Positions 12,592 to 24,162 of a stretch of 64,000 nt of DNA are shown one piece after another. The stretch comes from Octopus vulgaris. Lineage: Eukaryota. Position 1 is the stretch's first letter. Every line of letters begins with the position of its first letter. The notes below the pieces were generated by a model. That model did not search any database and was not told the origin of the DNA. It worked only from the letters and a program-made list of their open reading frames with translations. The DNA lies in NCBI GenBank assembly GCA_951406725.2, contig OX597821.1, forward strand, positions 89,466,001 to 89,530,000, in the 5' to 3' direction. A program made the position numbers and the translations under genes.

Positions 12592-12847
12592 GGCATATGT
12601 GTGTGCAAGCATGAATGGCATGGGTTTGTCACCTTAAGTGTGTGTGTATGCGTGGCTGGATATATGTTTGTATCTATGTATGACCTAATGTGTGTGTATG
12701 GGTTACTGGCAGTATGTTTGCATCTATGTATTACCAGACGTGTGTGTAAGTGCAACGGGAAGTGTATTTGTGTCTGCGGATGACATGATGTGTCTGTATG
12801 TGTGACTGGACAGATGTTTGTATAGATGTATGTGTGTATGTGAATTG

Positions 12848-12879
<32 letters not shown>

Positions 12880-12949
12880 GATCATGTTTGTGTACAAGTG
12901 TTACTTGATGTGAATGTATACATCTGTGTTTGTTTCCAAGACTCATCCC

Positions 12950-13217
12950 TTGAGAAGAAAGCCCGTCAAGCCAAGTGAAATTGTATTCCTGGCAGATACT
13001 GGTGTCACGTGACTGACATCCATACTGGTGACATGTAAAAGCAGCTATTACACTCTTGGAGTGGTTGGCATTAGGAAGGGCATCCAGCTGTAGAAACCAT
13101 GCCAAATCAGATTGTGGTCTGGTGCAGCCTTTCAGCTTGCTTGCTCTGGTCAGACCATACAACCCATGCCAGCATGGACAAGGGATATTAAATGATGATG
13201 ATGATGATGATGATGAT
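12950..13217 (+). mobile_element. Family C: RTE-type LINE 3' end (last codons, 3' UTR and (GAT)n tail)
   Basis: GAGAAG..CCCGTCAAGCCAAGTGA followed by GAGTGGTTGGCATTAGGAAGGGCATCCAGCTGTAGAAAC and the tail; the start resembles the end of the RTE ORF fossil at 31470-31626. Confidence 0.75.
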
Positions 13218-13219
13218 AC

Positions 13220-13430
13220 TTGCTTTTACTCTCTTTTACTTGTTTCAGTCATTTGACTGTGGCCATGCTGGAGCACCGCCTTTAGTCGAGCAAATCAACC
13301 CCAGGACTTATTTTTGGAAGCTAGTACTTACTCTATTGGTCTCTTTTGCCAAACCGTTAAGTTACAGGGATGAAAGCACACCACCATCGGTTGTCAAGAG
13401 ATGTTGGCGGGGACAAATACAGTCACACAA

Positions 13431-13481
<51 letters not shown>

Positions 13482-13642
13482 CGACAGGCTTCTTTCAGTT
13501 TCTGTCTACCAAATCCACTCACAAGGATTTGGTCGGCCCAAGGCTATAGTAGAAGACACTTGCCCAAGGTGCCACGCAGTGGGAATGAACCCGGAACCAT
13601 GTGGTTGGTAAGCAAGCTACTTACCACACAGCCACTCCTGCA
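13220..13642 (-). mobile_element. SINE family A, full length
   Basis: Match to family A. Confidence 0.9.
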
Positions 13643-13648
13643 TTTATA

Positions 13649-13681
<33 letters not shown>

Positions 13682-14097
13682 TACCTTTATATGTTTCCAT
13701 TACCTAAAGGTGTTTACCACAGTTGTAGTCACACTTCTTACGGTTCCTATTGATGCCATTGCTTCTGTAATTGTTTATCTTTATACGATTATTAAATTTT
13801 CTAGATTGTTACAGTGGATTATAACAACAGTAACAGCAACAACAATAAAAATAGAAACAACATCATTAATTGTTGTTATTGTTTGAAAATCCGTTGCTCT
13901 TGTATTTGTGACTAAACTTTTACATCTTCACATAAATGGATTCAATTTTGAGAGAAACATTTTTCAATTCTTCTTCCAAATTTACGTCTTTTCGTTTTCT
14001 TCATCTTTCTACTTTCCTTTCTTTATAATTCGTTTCTTTATTATTATTGCTTCTCAAATCGACATACAAGTACATGTACAAATATATAATGTTATTA

Positions 14098-14151
<54 letters not shown>

Positions 14152-14202
14152 TACATACATACATACATTTATATACATATATATATATATATATACATAT
14201 AT

Positions 14203-14296
<94 letters not shown>

Positions 14297-14881
14297 CATA
14301 CATGTATATAATTATATATATATATATATATGAAGACAAATACATATATATGCTCATATATATATGTGCATATATATAAATGCATATATGTATATATATA
14401 TATGTGTGTGTGTATAAAATATATAGATATATATTTATGTATATGAAAATATATAAAACTAATAATAAATAATGATGATAGTATTAATAAAAAAAAAGTC
14501 TGACCCTGAAATGCGAAACGTGTTGTGTTAAAGAGATAGTCTATCAATTTGATGGGGAAATATATATAAATAATATCAAATGGAATGATATGATATGATA
14601 TGATATGAGAGAGATATTAAGTAAAAGAAAGAACAAAAAAATAAAATAGCTGGAAAAAACTTTTCCAATCTCAATAGTAATAACATTTTAATTTCAGCAT
14701 CACCCACTCAGTCAATAAATGTGTACTTATGTCTGTATAAATGTGTGTGTATATGTGTGTGTGTGTGTGTGGGCGCGTGTGCGTTTGTGTAAAGATGCAT
14801 GTGTGAATTTTTGTTTGGAAATATGTATATTGATAGAGACATGTATGCGCATTTATGTGTAAAAATTCATGTGTATTACAT

Positions 14882-14956
<75 letters not shown>

Positions 14957-15546
14957 TATGTATATTTACACACATACATGCAGAGATACACTTTTTAACC
15001 AAAATATGTCTACATATATATACCATCAGAGTAAATTTTTTTTTATTAATTTAAGTAAAGGTTTTAAAATAATAAAAAAGAATATAAGGGGGAATCAGAA
15101 AATATGAATTGAAATAACTTCAATATCGGGCATATATATTTCTGGGAATTTTGATTTACAGGAAATAAATAAACATTTAAATAAATAAAGAAATAAAATT
15201 GCGAAATGCGTGAAGAATATAAAGTAAATATATGAAAGGAAATTAAATGAACTATATTGATAAAACGCTGTTTTTTTTTCATATATACATATATATGTGT
15301 ATGAATATGTGTGCGTGTGTGTGTATGAATGTGTGTGTGTGCATGTGTGTACATATTCATATATATGCATACATACATACCTACATATATATATATGACT
15401 ATTTATCTGTCGATCTATCTATCTATCCATCTACCTATCTACCTATCTATCTATCTATCTATCTATATATATATATATGTCTATTTATATGTCTCTCTCT
15501 CTATGTATCTGTCTATGTATGTATGTATGTATGTATCTATCTATCG

Positions 15547-15653
<107 letters not shown>

Positions 15654-16284
15654 CATATATATCATAAAGTTTTGATGAAAATTTTTAGAAACTTATTAGA
15701 AAAAAACTAATAAAATAATGATAATAATGATGAATAAAAAATATATTAAAAAAATAAATAGTTGATTAAAATTCTAAACTTGATGTATCAAAAGGATGTC
15801 TGAATATTCTCTGTGTGTGCTTAAAGTAAATGATTTCTTAACATGCTGTATTATGTGTGTGTGTGTGTGTGTGTGTGTGTTTGTGTATGTGTTTGTCGAA
15901 GCACACACAAACATGTGTGCATGTGTGTTTGTGTGTGTATTTGTGCGTGTGTGTGTGTGTGCACATACTCATGCACACTCATATACATACATATCCCTTT
16001 ATATACACATCCATACATTTTATACACACACACACATTCATAAATTTACATATATACCAGCTCATGTATATGCATCCCTCCCTCTCTCTTTCACTCTCTC
16101 TGACTGTCTGTCCGTCTGTCTGCCTGTTTGCCTGCCAGTCCACTTGTCTCTCTCTCTCTCTCTCACTATATATATATATATATATATATAAATATATACA
16201 TACACACACACAAGCGCATATCCACCATTTTGGACCACTGAACTCAACACCTTATTTTTTTTCTTCTCTCTATTCATTTCCTCT

Positions 16285-16430
16285 TCTTCCTTTCTGTTGA
16301 AGAGCACTAGGCTCGAAATGAAAAAGTCTCTTCCATTTTTCCCAAGTGTCAAACTAATACACTTGCTTGTTGTTCCTACACCTGCCTTTGTCTTTGATTT
16401 TTCTATAAGTTTGAACTGTATTTCGTTTTT
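16285..16430 (+). mobile_element. Solo copy of the PLE terminal-repeat-like unit
   Basis: TTTCTGTTGAAGAGCACTAGGCTCGAAATG...ACTAATACA..TGTTGTT..ACACCTG; homologous to 4833-5105. Confidence 0.6.
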
Positions 16431-16496
16431 GGATTTGGTTTGCAAGATTCTTTATATGAGTTTGTGTGTTGAAGCATATTTTGCTGTGTCTGGGGA

Positions 16497-16539
<43 letters not shown>

Positions 16540-17098
16540 AAGTATGGAGATGTTGTTCACAGGTGGTCTAAGCAAATAGTTACGCTAGGGAAGTACTGTA
16601 ACAGATTACTGGGGCTCCAGGGTTATAGCTGAAATGGTAGTTATGCAGCCATTGAAGATTTTTGATGCAGCAGATATATATATATGAATATATATATATA
16701 TATATATATATATACATGCATATATACATACATACATGGTTAGAATGATAGATAAGTATATAGAGGTATGTATATATAGTATACATCTTTTATCGCTTAA
16801 CTTGTTCCAGTCAATAGACTGCAGTCTAGTTGGGTGTCTGTGTATATACATATATATATATTAATAGTAATGGTATGACAACAAAAGAATGGATGAGACC
16901 TTGATATTATGTAAATAGAGGAATTTATCTGTAAATATAATATGTCACAATTATTCGGTTGCCATAATAAAAAATGCATTTTTTGAATGTCTTAATAACT
17001 TACAAGATGCCGGAGCAGATTTGAGCCCCAACATCCAAAACTCAGAGTCCTATTATGACACCGAATAATTGTCACATATTATATTACATATATATATA

Positions 17099-18412
17099 TA
17101 GGGTGGGGCAGAGAGGACTGACGTTTTTGAAATGGCTATTACTCAGTCCCAGCGGGAAGGTTTTATATCCAACAGATACCATTCGGTCTGTTGTGTCTTA
17201 GCATCTTTTTTTATTTTCTGGAGATTCCATGGTGCTGTGGATGATAGAGCATCACGTGTTTGCCTATGACAGTTGCATGAAAAATAACGAGTCTGTCATA
17301 GCAGTTAAGCATGAGTTTTGGTGCCACTTCAAAATTCATTAAAATTGGGCTGTTCCCCCCTGAAACACAACCTTACGTTGGGTGAATACGTTTCATACAC
17401 GAGGTACACTAATGAACAAGAAACTGGTGGGGAAACCACAAACGGTACACACCCCAGAAAATGTGGAACCTGTCAGACAAACTTTGAGTCTGAATCGCTC
17501 TACTCAGATACATTCCACTGAACCTGGCATCGATAATAAATCAGTAAGGTGTATCTTGCATGAATACCTGCATTTCCACCTGTACAAATTGGTCACTGGG
17601 CAATAGTTGAAACCATGACACTATGCACAGCAGCTTAACCTCGCATGTCAGATGGAAGCAATTTTTTAGGCAAATGGCAACCTCATTTTGTTAATGATTG
17701 ATGAAGCTCATTTTCATCTCAATGGCACGATGTATCAACAGAACTGTCATTACTGGGCTCTTCAAAATCCCAGAGAACTACATGAAAGACCACTAAACAG
17801 CAGCCCAAAGTGATGGCCTGGTGTGCTGTTGGAAAAGCTACCATCGTTGGTCCTTACTTTTTTGAAGTCAATAACTGAAATGCTGTTACATCGAGATGTT
17901 GAACAACTTCTTTGTGTCTGAATTATGACGAAAACGTATGCCTGTTCAATGTGTGTGGTTTCCGCAGAAAGGGGCAACAGCCCACACAGCTAGGGCATCA
18001 ACGGACGTTCTTCACCCTCTCTTCAGTGACCACCTAATTTCCAGGTTTGCTGACATTCCATAACCTCCCCAGTGCCCTGATTTGTCCACGCGTGATTATT
18101 TCTTGTGCAGAAACCTCAAGGCACATGTGTATGCGCATAAGCCCTGTACATTGGACAATTTGAAGGAAGCTATTCACATGGAAGTCACCCAGATCGACAG
18201 AGCAACGCTGGAGAGACTGGAGGTCAACTTCCAAGAATGCCTTCAGAAATGCATCAATGAAAATGGACACCATATGATGGATGTCTTCCTCATTTGATTT
18301 TGACAACTGCTAATTCAATACAAATACATTGATGTCAATAAAATTTGTTTGCAGATAAAATTAATGATTTTGCGAATTTTTCAAAAACGTCTATCCTCTC
18401 TTCCCCACCTTG
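17099..18412 (+). mobile_element. Tc1/mariner superfamily DNA transposon, DD41D (rosa/VS) type, full length and inactive
   Basis: About 34-bp imperfect TIRs (AGGGTGGGGCAGAGAGGACTGACGTTTTTGAAA / TTTCAAAAACGTCTATCCTCTCTTCCCCACCTTG), TA flanks, about 1.31 kb, internal transposase pseudogene. Confidence 0.92.
17229..18297 (+). pseudogene. Mariner-like transposase pseudogene
   Basis: TPENVEPVR, IDEAHFHLNG, NCHYWA, VGPYFFE, WFPQKGATAHT, PDLSTRDYFL, LKAHVY; 41 residues between the 2nd (mutated D>K) and 3rd catalytic positions; several stops and frameshifts. Confidence 0.9.
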
Positions 18413-18847
18413 TATATATATAAAACATACTTTGTTTCTGTATTAATTATTATTGATGTAATGATGCTCCCAAAACGCAGCAAAATATATATAACATATA
18501 CATGGATATGTATTTATGTGTGTGGAAAACGGATGTTAAATGATGGTGATGATGATATACTCCTTTACTCTTTTACTTGCTTCAGTCATGTGACTGTGGC
18601 CATGCTGGAGCACCGTCTTTAGTCAAGCAAAACCGACCCCAGGACTTGCTTACAATCATGTCACTTAGTGGTTTGGAAATCAACACCAATAGAATTAAAA
18701 CACCAGGTTTTTAAAATATATATAATGGGGTCAATATGTTCGACTAAGCCGTTTCAGGCAGTGCCCCAGCTTATGCAGATATGAAACATAAGCCTCAGGC
18801 CGACCGAATTCTTGTGAGTGGATTTGATAGACGGAAACTTAAGCAAG

Positions 18848-19100
18848 GTTTCCTTGGCATATAAGTTACCCACTTAGACAAGACGCCGGTTCTTTGCAGA
18901 TGAGCTGCAAGATGCAGGAGAAAAGAATGAGAGAAAGTTGTGATGAAAGAGTCAGCATAAGTTTGCCATTACCTTCTGGCGAAGCCACGTTGAGTTTAGG
19001 TGTTTCACTCATAAACACACACATCACCCAGTCTGAGATTCAAACCTGCGATCCTTTGACCGCGAGTCCACTGCTCTAACCACTCAGCCATGTACCTCCA
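18848..19100 (-). mobile_element. SINE family D (tRNA-derived), 3'-truncated copy
   Basis: Minus strand TGGCTGAGTGGTTAGAGCAG...GCAGGTTTGAATCTC A/B boxes; homologous to 41143-41441. Confidence 0.8.
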
Positions 19101-19167
19101 CAAATATATATAAATATATCATCATCATCATCATCGTCGTTTAACGTCCGTTCTCCATGCTAGCATG

Positions 19168-19217
<50 letters not shown>

Positions 19218-19289
19218 ATAAATAATATATATATATAATAGATAACATATATATATATATAATAGATAATATATATATATATATATATA

Positions 19290-19500
19290 CGTCTGTGTTT
19301 GTCCCTCCACCATCGCTTGACAACTGATGTTGGTGCGTTTATGCCCCACTAACTTAATGGTGCAGCAAAAGAGACTAATAGAATAAGTATTGGGCTTACA
19401 AAGAATAAATCCTGGGGTCAATTTCTTTGAATAAAAGGCTCTTTAAAGTGGTGCTCCAGCGTGGTCACAGTCAAATGAGTGAAAAAAAGTAAAAAAGAAT
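19290..19500 (+). mobile_element. SINE family A, 3' half
   Basis: Match to the family A 3' part. Confidence 0.8.
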
Positions 19501-20012
19501 ATTTTTCCTGTCCCACCAAGGTCCAAATGCATCTTGGTCCTAGTGTTAAACAATTTTGCTAGCACTATTCATAATATTGTGTATAAAAGCCCCCCTGGCA
19601 GACCATAGTATAGAACTTTGTAGCCACATCTTCAAATTTCTTATGATTAGAATAAAATTACTGGTCTCAGTGAGCCCATTTAACAACATAAACTTATATA
19701 AACAGACGAGAGGGCAATATCATAAGACCTATCACTTGTGAACTGGTCCTTCACACTCAGTCTCTCCTGAAATAAAGTGACTTACCAGCTTGCTAAGATC
19801 ACTGTCATTCACATATATGCTAATCATAACCTAACATGACCCAACAACAAAAATAGATGCTGGCTCCTGAGAGAGAGAGAAAGAGGGAGAGAGAGGGGGA
19901 GAGAGAAAGAGAGAGAGAGAGAGAATAAGTCAGCAGAAAGATAAATGGAATTAACAAAGAAGTAAATAAATTTGGTGAACCAGCAACAATCAGTAGCATT
20001 GCTACCCGTCAC

Positions 20013-20085
20013 CCCCAGGGTACTGTATTAAATCCATTTTCACTTATTATTTACATAAATGATATTGGAAATGCTATCAGATATA
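20013..20085 (+). mobile_element. CR1/Jockey-group LINE reverse transcriptase fragment
   Basis: PQGTVLNPFSLIIYINDI resembles RT motif PQGSVLGPLLFLIYINDL. Confidence 0.6.
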
Positions 20086-20330
20086 AAAATTTGACGCCAC
20101 CGAAATATATACTCACATTAGATGATTATAATGTCGATGTTTATTGAAATACATTTTATTTCCAAAATTTAATAGAATCTATCGACAGAATGTTTTTGGA
20201 CACACAGACACAGCCACATGCACACACACACAAACACACAAATGCAAATATACATGCACACACAAGCATATGCATATCTATCATATATATATGTGAATTA
20301 TCTATCTATCTATGTCTACCTATTTATCTA

Positions 20331-20391
<61 letters not shown>

Positions 20392-20439
20392 GCTTATTTA
20401 TTTATATCTGTCTATCTATCTATTTGTTTATCTATCTAT

Positions 20440-20645
20440 CTGAAAAAGAAGTAATTTCTACTCTCCTCCTCTGGAAGCCATCTACTCGCAATACCAGAGG
20501 GCGCACACTCTCCTACCCTGATGTAATCTCCAGGGATACAGGCATCCAGCAACAGGACCTCTGTAATGCTATGATGGACCGTGAAGTCTGGCGTAACATA
20601 GTAAATTCCATTGTCTCGACCACGGTCGAACAATGATGATGATGA
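20440..20645 (+). mobile_element. RTE-clade LINE 3' end (5'-truncated), same family as 43112-43690
   Basis: EKEVISTLLLWKPSTRNTRGRTLSYPDVISRDTG...WRNIVNSIVSTTVEQ* followed directly by (TGA)n. Confidence 0.85.
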
Positions 20646-20790
20646 TTATCTATCTATATCTATCTATCTATATCTATCTATTTCTCTACCTATCTATATC
20701 TATATCTATCTATTTATCTATCTATATCTATATCTATATCTATCTATCTATCTACCTATTTATCTATCTATATCTATATCTATCTATCTA

Positions 20791-20975
20791 TCTCGGCCTT
20801 TTGGCTAAGATCAAAGTGTAGAATCTGTTCTTATCAGCTTAATATCTAATACGGTCCCTATTTGGGGCCATCGATATTAAACTGATTTTTAGAACGAGGC
20901 GAAGTGTTAAGGGCTTGCTTCACCTTTGCCACAAGTTGTTCTGATATTGCAATGCTTCCAGGATTCAGCCCATCT
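20791..20975 (+). pseudogene. U2: U2 snRNA pseudogene/retrocopy, near full length
   Basis: TCTCGGCCTTTTGGCTAAGATCAAAGTGTAGaATCTGTTCTTATCAGCTTAATATCT...GATTTTTaGAA...TATTGCA..CTTCCAGGA. Lacks the first ~6 nt, branch-site pairing GTAGTA>GTAGAA (20822), Sm site altered, microsatellite instead of a promoter upstream. Confidence 0.9.
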
Positions 20976-20984
20976 CCCACCCAA

Positions 20985-21046
20985 CCGTTTCCCGCCCAAC
21001 CCATGCCAGCATGGAAAACGGATGTTAAACGATGATGATGATGATG
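20985..21046 (+). mobile_element. Family C 3' tail directly downstream of the U2 copy
   Basis: CCAACCCATGCCAGCATGGAAAACGGATGTTAAACGATGATGATG. Confidence 0.85.
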
Positions 21047-21388
21047 TAAGGGCAGCAAATTTGTGGGAGGGAAGGAACTGATTCAACTAGTACTTATTTT
21101 ATTGACCTCAAAAGAATAAAGGACAAAGTCAGCCTTGGAGGAATATGTACTCAACGGGATACTAATGATTCTGCGAGCTTGCTACAATCAGTTTTACATT
21201 AATCTCAGAAGTTATTCTATACTTTTGTAAAATATGAGTTTATTCTTAATCAAGAATATTGTCAACAGAGACGGCAACATTTTGGAAAGTTGAGGTATTG
21301 TCAGACTGCAGTCTGATGATGGCTTCACTGACAAAAACTTCAAAGTCACTGTCAACAACATTCTTGTTTAAGAATGAATATATAATGA

Positions 21389-21446
<58 letters not shown>

Positions 21447-21447
<1 letters not shown>

Positions 21448-21843
21448 CTCTCTTTACTCTTTTAATTGTTTCAGTCATTTGACTTTGGCCATGCTGGAGT
21501 ACCACCTTTAGTCGAGCAAATCGACCCCAGGACTTATTCTTTGTAAGCCTAGTACTTATTCGATCAGTCTCTTTTGCCGAACCGTTAAGTTACGGGGATG
21601 TAAACACACCAGCATCGGTTTTCAAGCGATGTTGGGGGAACAAACACAGACACACAAACATATACAGACACATACATATATATATATATATACATATATA
21701 CGACAGGCTTCTTTCAGTTTCCGTCAACCAAATCCACCCACAAGGCTTTGGTTGGCTCGAGGCTATAGTAGAAGACACTTGCTCAAGATGCCATGCAGTG
21801 GGACTGAACCCGGAACCATGTGGTTGGTAAGCAAGCCACTCCT
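21447..21843 (-). mobile_element. SINE family A
   Basis: Match to family A. Confidence 0.9.
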
Positions 21844-22319
21844 ACATATATATATGTATGTATATACATATGTGTATGTTAAATGAAACAGAAAAACCAA
21901 GGCAGTGTGAAATTTCCAGGACATTTATAAAGAGAAAAAGGTAGTCTTACAGTTGTTTCGGGAATATGAAGAATATCTCTTTATCAGAGACAATATGAGA
22001 GAGTTAAACGGAGGGAAACAGTAGAGTTCAATAAAAGCAGTTGTTTTGGAAAGGGAGAGATATAGGAAGTATAAAGGAAAATAAGAGAATAAAAATAAAA
22101 AATATATTTTGGATGTTGCAGTTGCTGTTCCATTATCCAAGGAAAGTGCTGCATAGAATCATAGAATGGTTAGAAAGGTCCATGGCATGTAAATTCTGAT
22201 AGGACTTCATATTTTCTTATTGCAAATCGATAGTGTGGAGACATATTGAAACCATAACCGTGTGGTTGGGAAACATGTATGTGTGTGTGTATGTGTCTAC
22301 ACTCATATACACATATTAT

Positions 22320-22757
22320 AGGTAAGAAGTTTGCTTTCCAACCTCATATGTCTGGGTTCACTCCTTTGTTTCCCAATCACATGGTTCTGGTTTCAACCCC
22401 ATAGCATGGCAACTTGGGCAAGTGTCTTCTACTATAGCCTCAGGCAGAGAAAAGCCTTGTGAGTGGATTTGGTAGATGGAAACTGAAAGAAGCCCATTGC
22501 AGTTATGCATAAATATATGTATATATATATGTGTGTGTGTGTCCTTGTATCTGTGTTTGTTCCTCCATCACTGCTTGACACCAAGTTACGGGGACGTAAA
22601 CACACCACTGGTGTTTACGTCTCCATAACATAGCAGTCTGGTAAAAGAGATAGATAGAATAAGTACCAGGTAGCTTCATTCAACTAAAATCTTTCGAAGC
22701 ATTGCTCCAGCATTGCCACAGTCTAATGACTGAAACAAGTAAAAGATAAAAAGATAA
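22320..22757 (+). mobile_element. SINE family A, rearranged (duplicated head, internal fold-back)
   Basis: Match to family A; inverted duplication at 22585-22629. Confidence 0.8.
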
Positions 22758-24162
22758 ACAAAGGATATATGTATATATATCTGTTTGTTTTCTATACACC
22801 TGTCTTCATCTTTTGTTTTATTCGTGAATTCTCCCTGTATATATAGCTGGTTGTTGACAAAGTTTTCTGTTTTGTAAGGGTAATTTGCTCAATACTTCTG
22901 CTGTTCTAAAGGCGTCTCTGCATTCAAAAATAAATTATCATCTTATTTGTACCTATATATACATATATCTATGCATATTAGTTAACAAGTTCATTTGTCA
23001 ACCACATAGACTTGGGTTCAGTCCCTCTGCAAGACATATTGGATATGTGTCAGACAATGTGTGAACGTTTATATTTAATGCTTGTCTCTGTCTGAGTAAA
23101 ATGATGGTGATGTTGACATTCCTTGTTGCTCTGTGTTTTGGAGGCTTCTAAAGAAAAAAAACCCACTTGATTTGTGACAGGTAAAGATTGGTGGCCGAGA
23201 GGGCATCTCTTTGTAAAATCTGCCTCAAATGATACCCATCTAACCCATGCTAGCATAGAAAATGGATGCGAAATGAATAAATGTATATGGATATTTGTCT
23301 CTGTCTGTATCAGTATCTATATTTATGTTTACCTCTGTTTAAAACAAAAAGAAAGTATGTTATTTATGTTGCGTATGTTTTACGTTCTGTAAACTGTTCA
23401 AGAAAGAAAGATCAATAAAGATAAGTATCAGATTAAAAATCAATATTGTCATCAATATTGTGATCAACCAAAGTTTTGAAGCCTTGCCCCATCATGGATG
23501 CAGCCAGAAAGCTGAAAATAAGTAGTGGATAAATAAATACCATATCATTGTTGTCAGCATCATCATCATGATTATGATCATCATCATTGTCGTCGTTGTC
23601 ATCGTCGTCATCATCGTCATTGTCATCATCATCATCATATCTATTTCTTATGCCTGAATGGGTTGGGCAGTTTGACAAGAGCTGACAAGCCAGAGGACTG
23701 TTCCAAGCATTTTTGTCTGTCTTGGTATGATTTCTACAGCTGGATGCCCTTCCTGACACCAACCACTTGGTTAACCACAGAGTGAACTGGGTGCATTTTC
23801 ATGGCACTAGCACCAGTGAGATTACCAAGTCACTTGCAAGACAGAGTCCACTTGAATAGCGGAAGTAGTATTGAGGGAGGAGATGTTGTGTCATTTGATG
23901 AGAGGTTAAGAGAATAATACAGGTATAGATCTATAGGTGTCTCACTTTAGACGAGATACAACGATATGCCAGGTGGAAATAAAGAGCAAGAAAGAGAGAC
24001 TTAGGAAGAGACATAGAATTGAAAAATGCAAGAGAGATGGTGGTGATATATTTGGATGTTTGTGTGTGTTGAAATCATTGCTCCAGCATGACCGTGTGCT
24101 TAGGAAGCTTATTTCATAATCACAGAGTTTACGTTTCATTTTCCCTGCATTGATACTGTTAG

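Noticed and set aside
20791-20975. Functional U2 snRNA gene
   Set aside because: 5' end missing, branch-site recognition and Sm sites mutated, upstream region is microsatellite/LINE rather than a promoter
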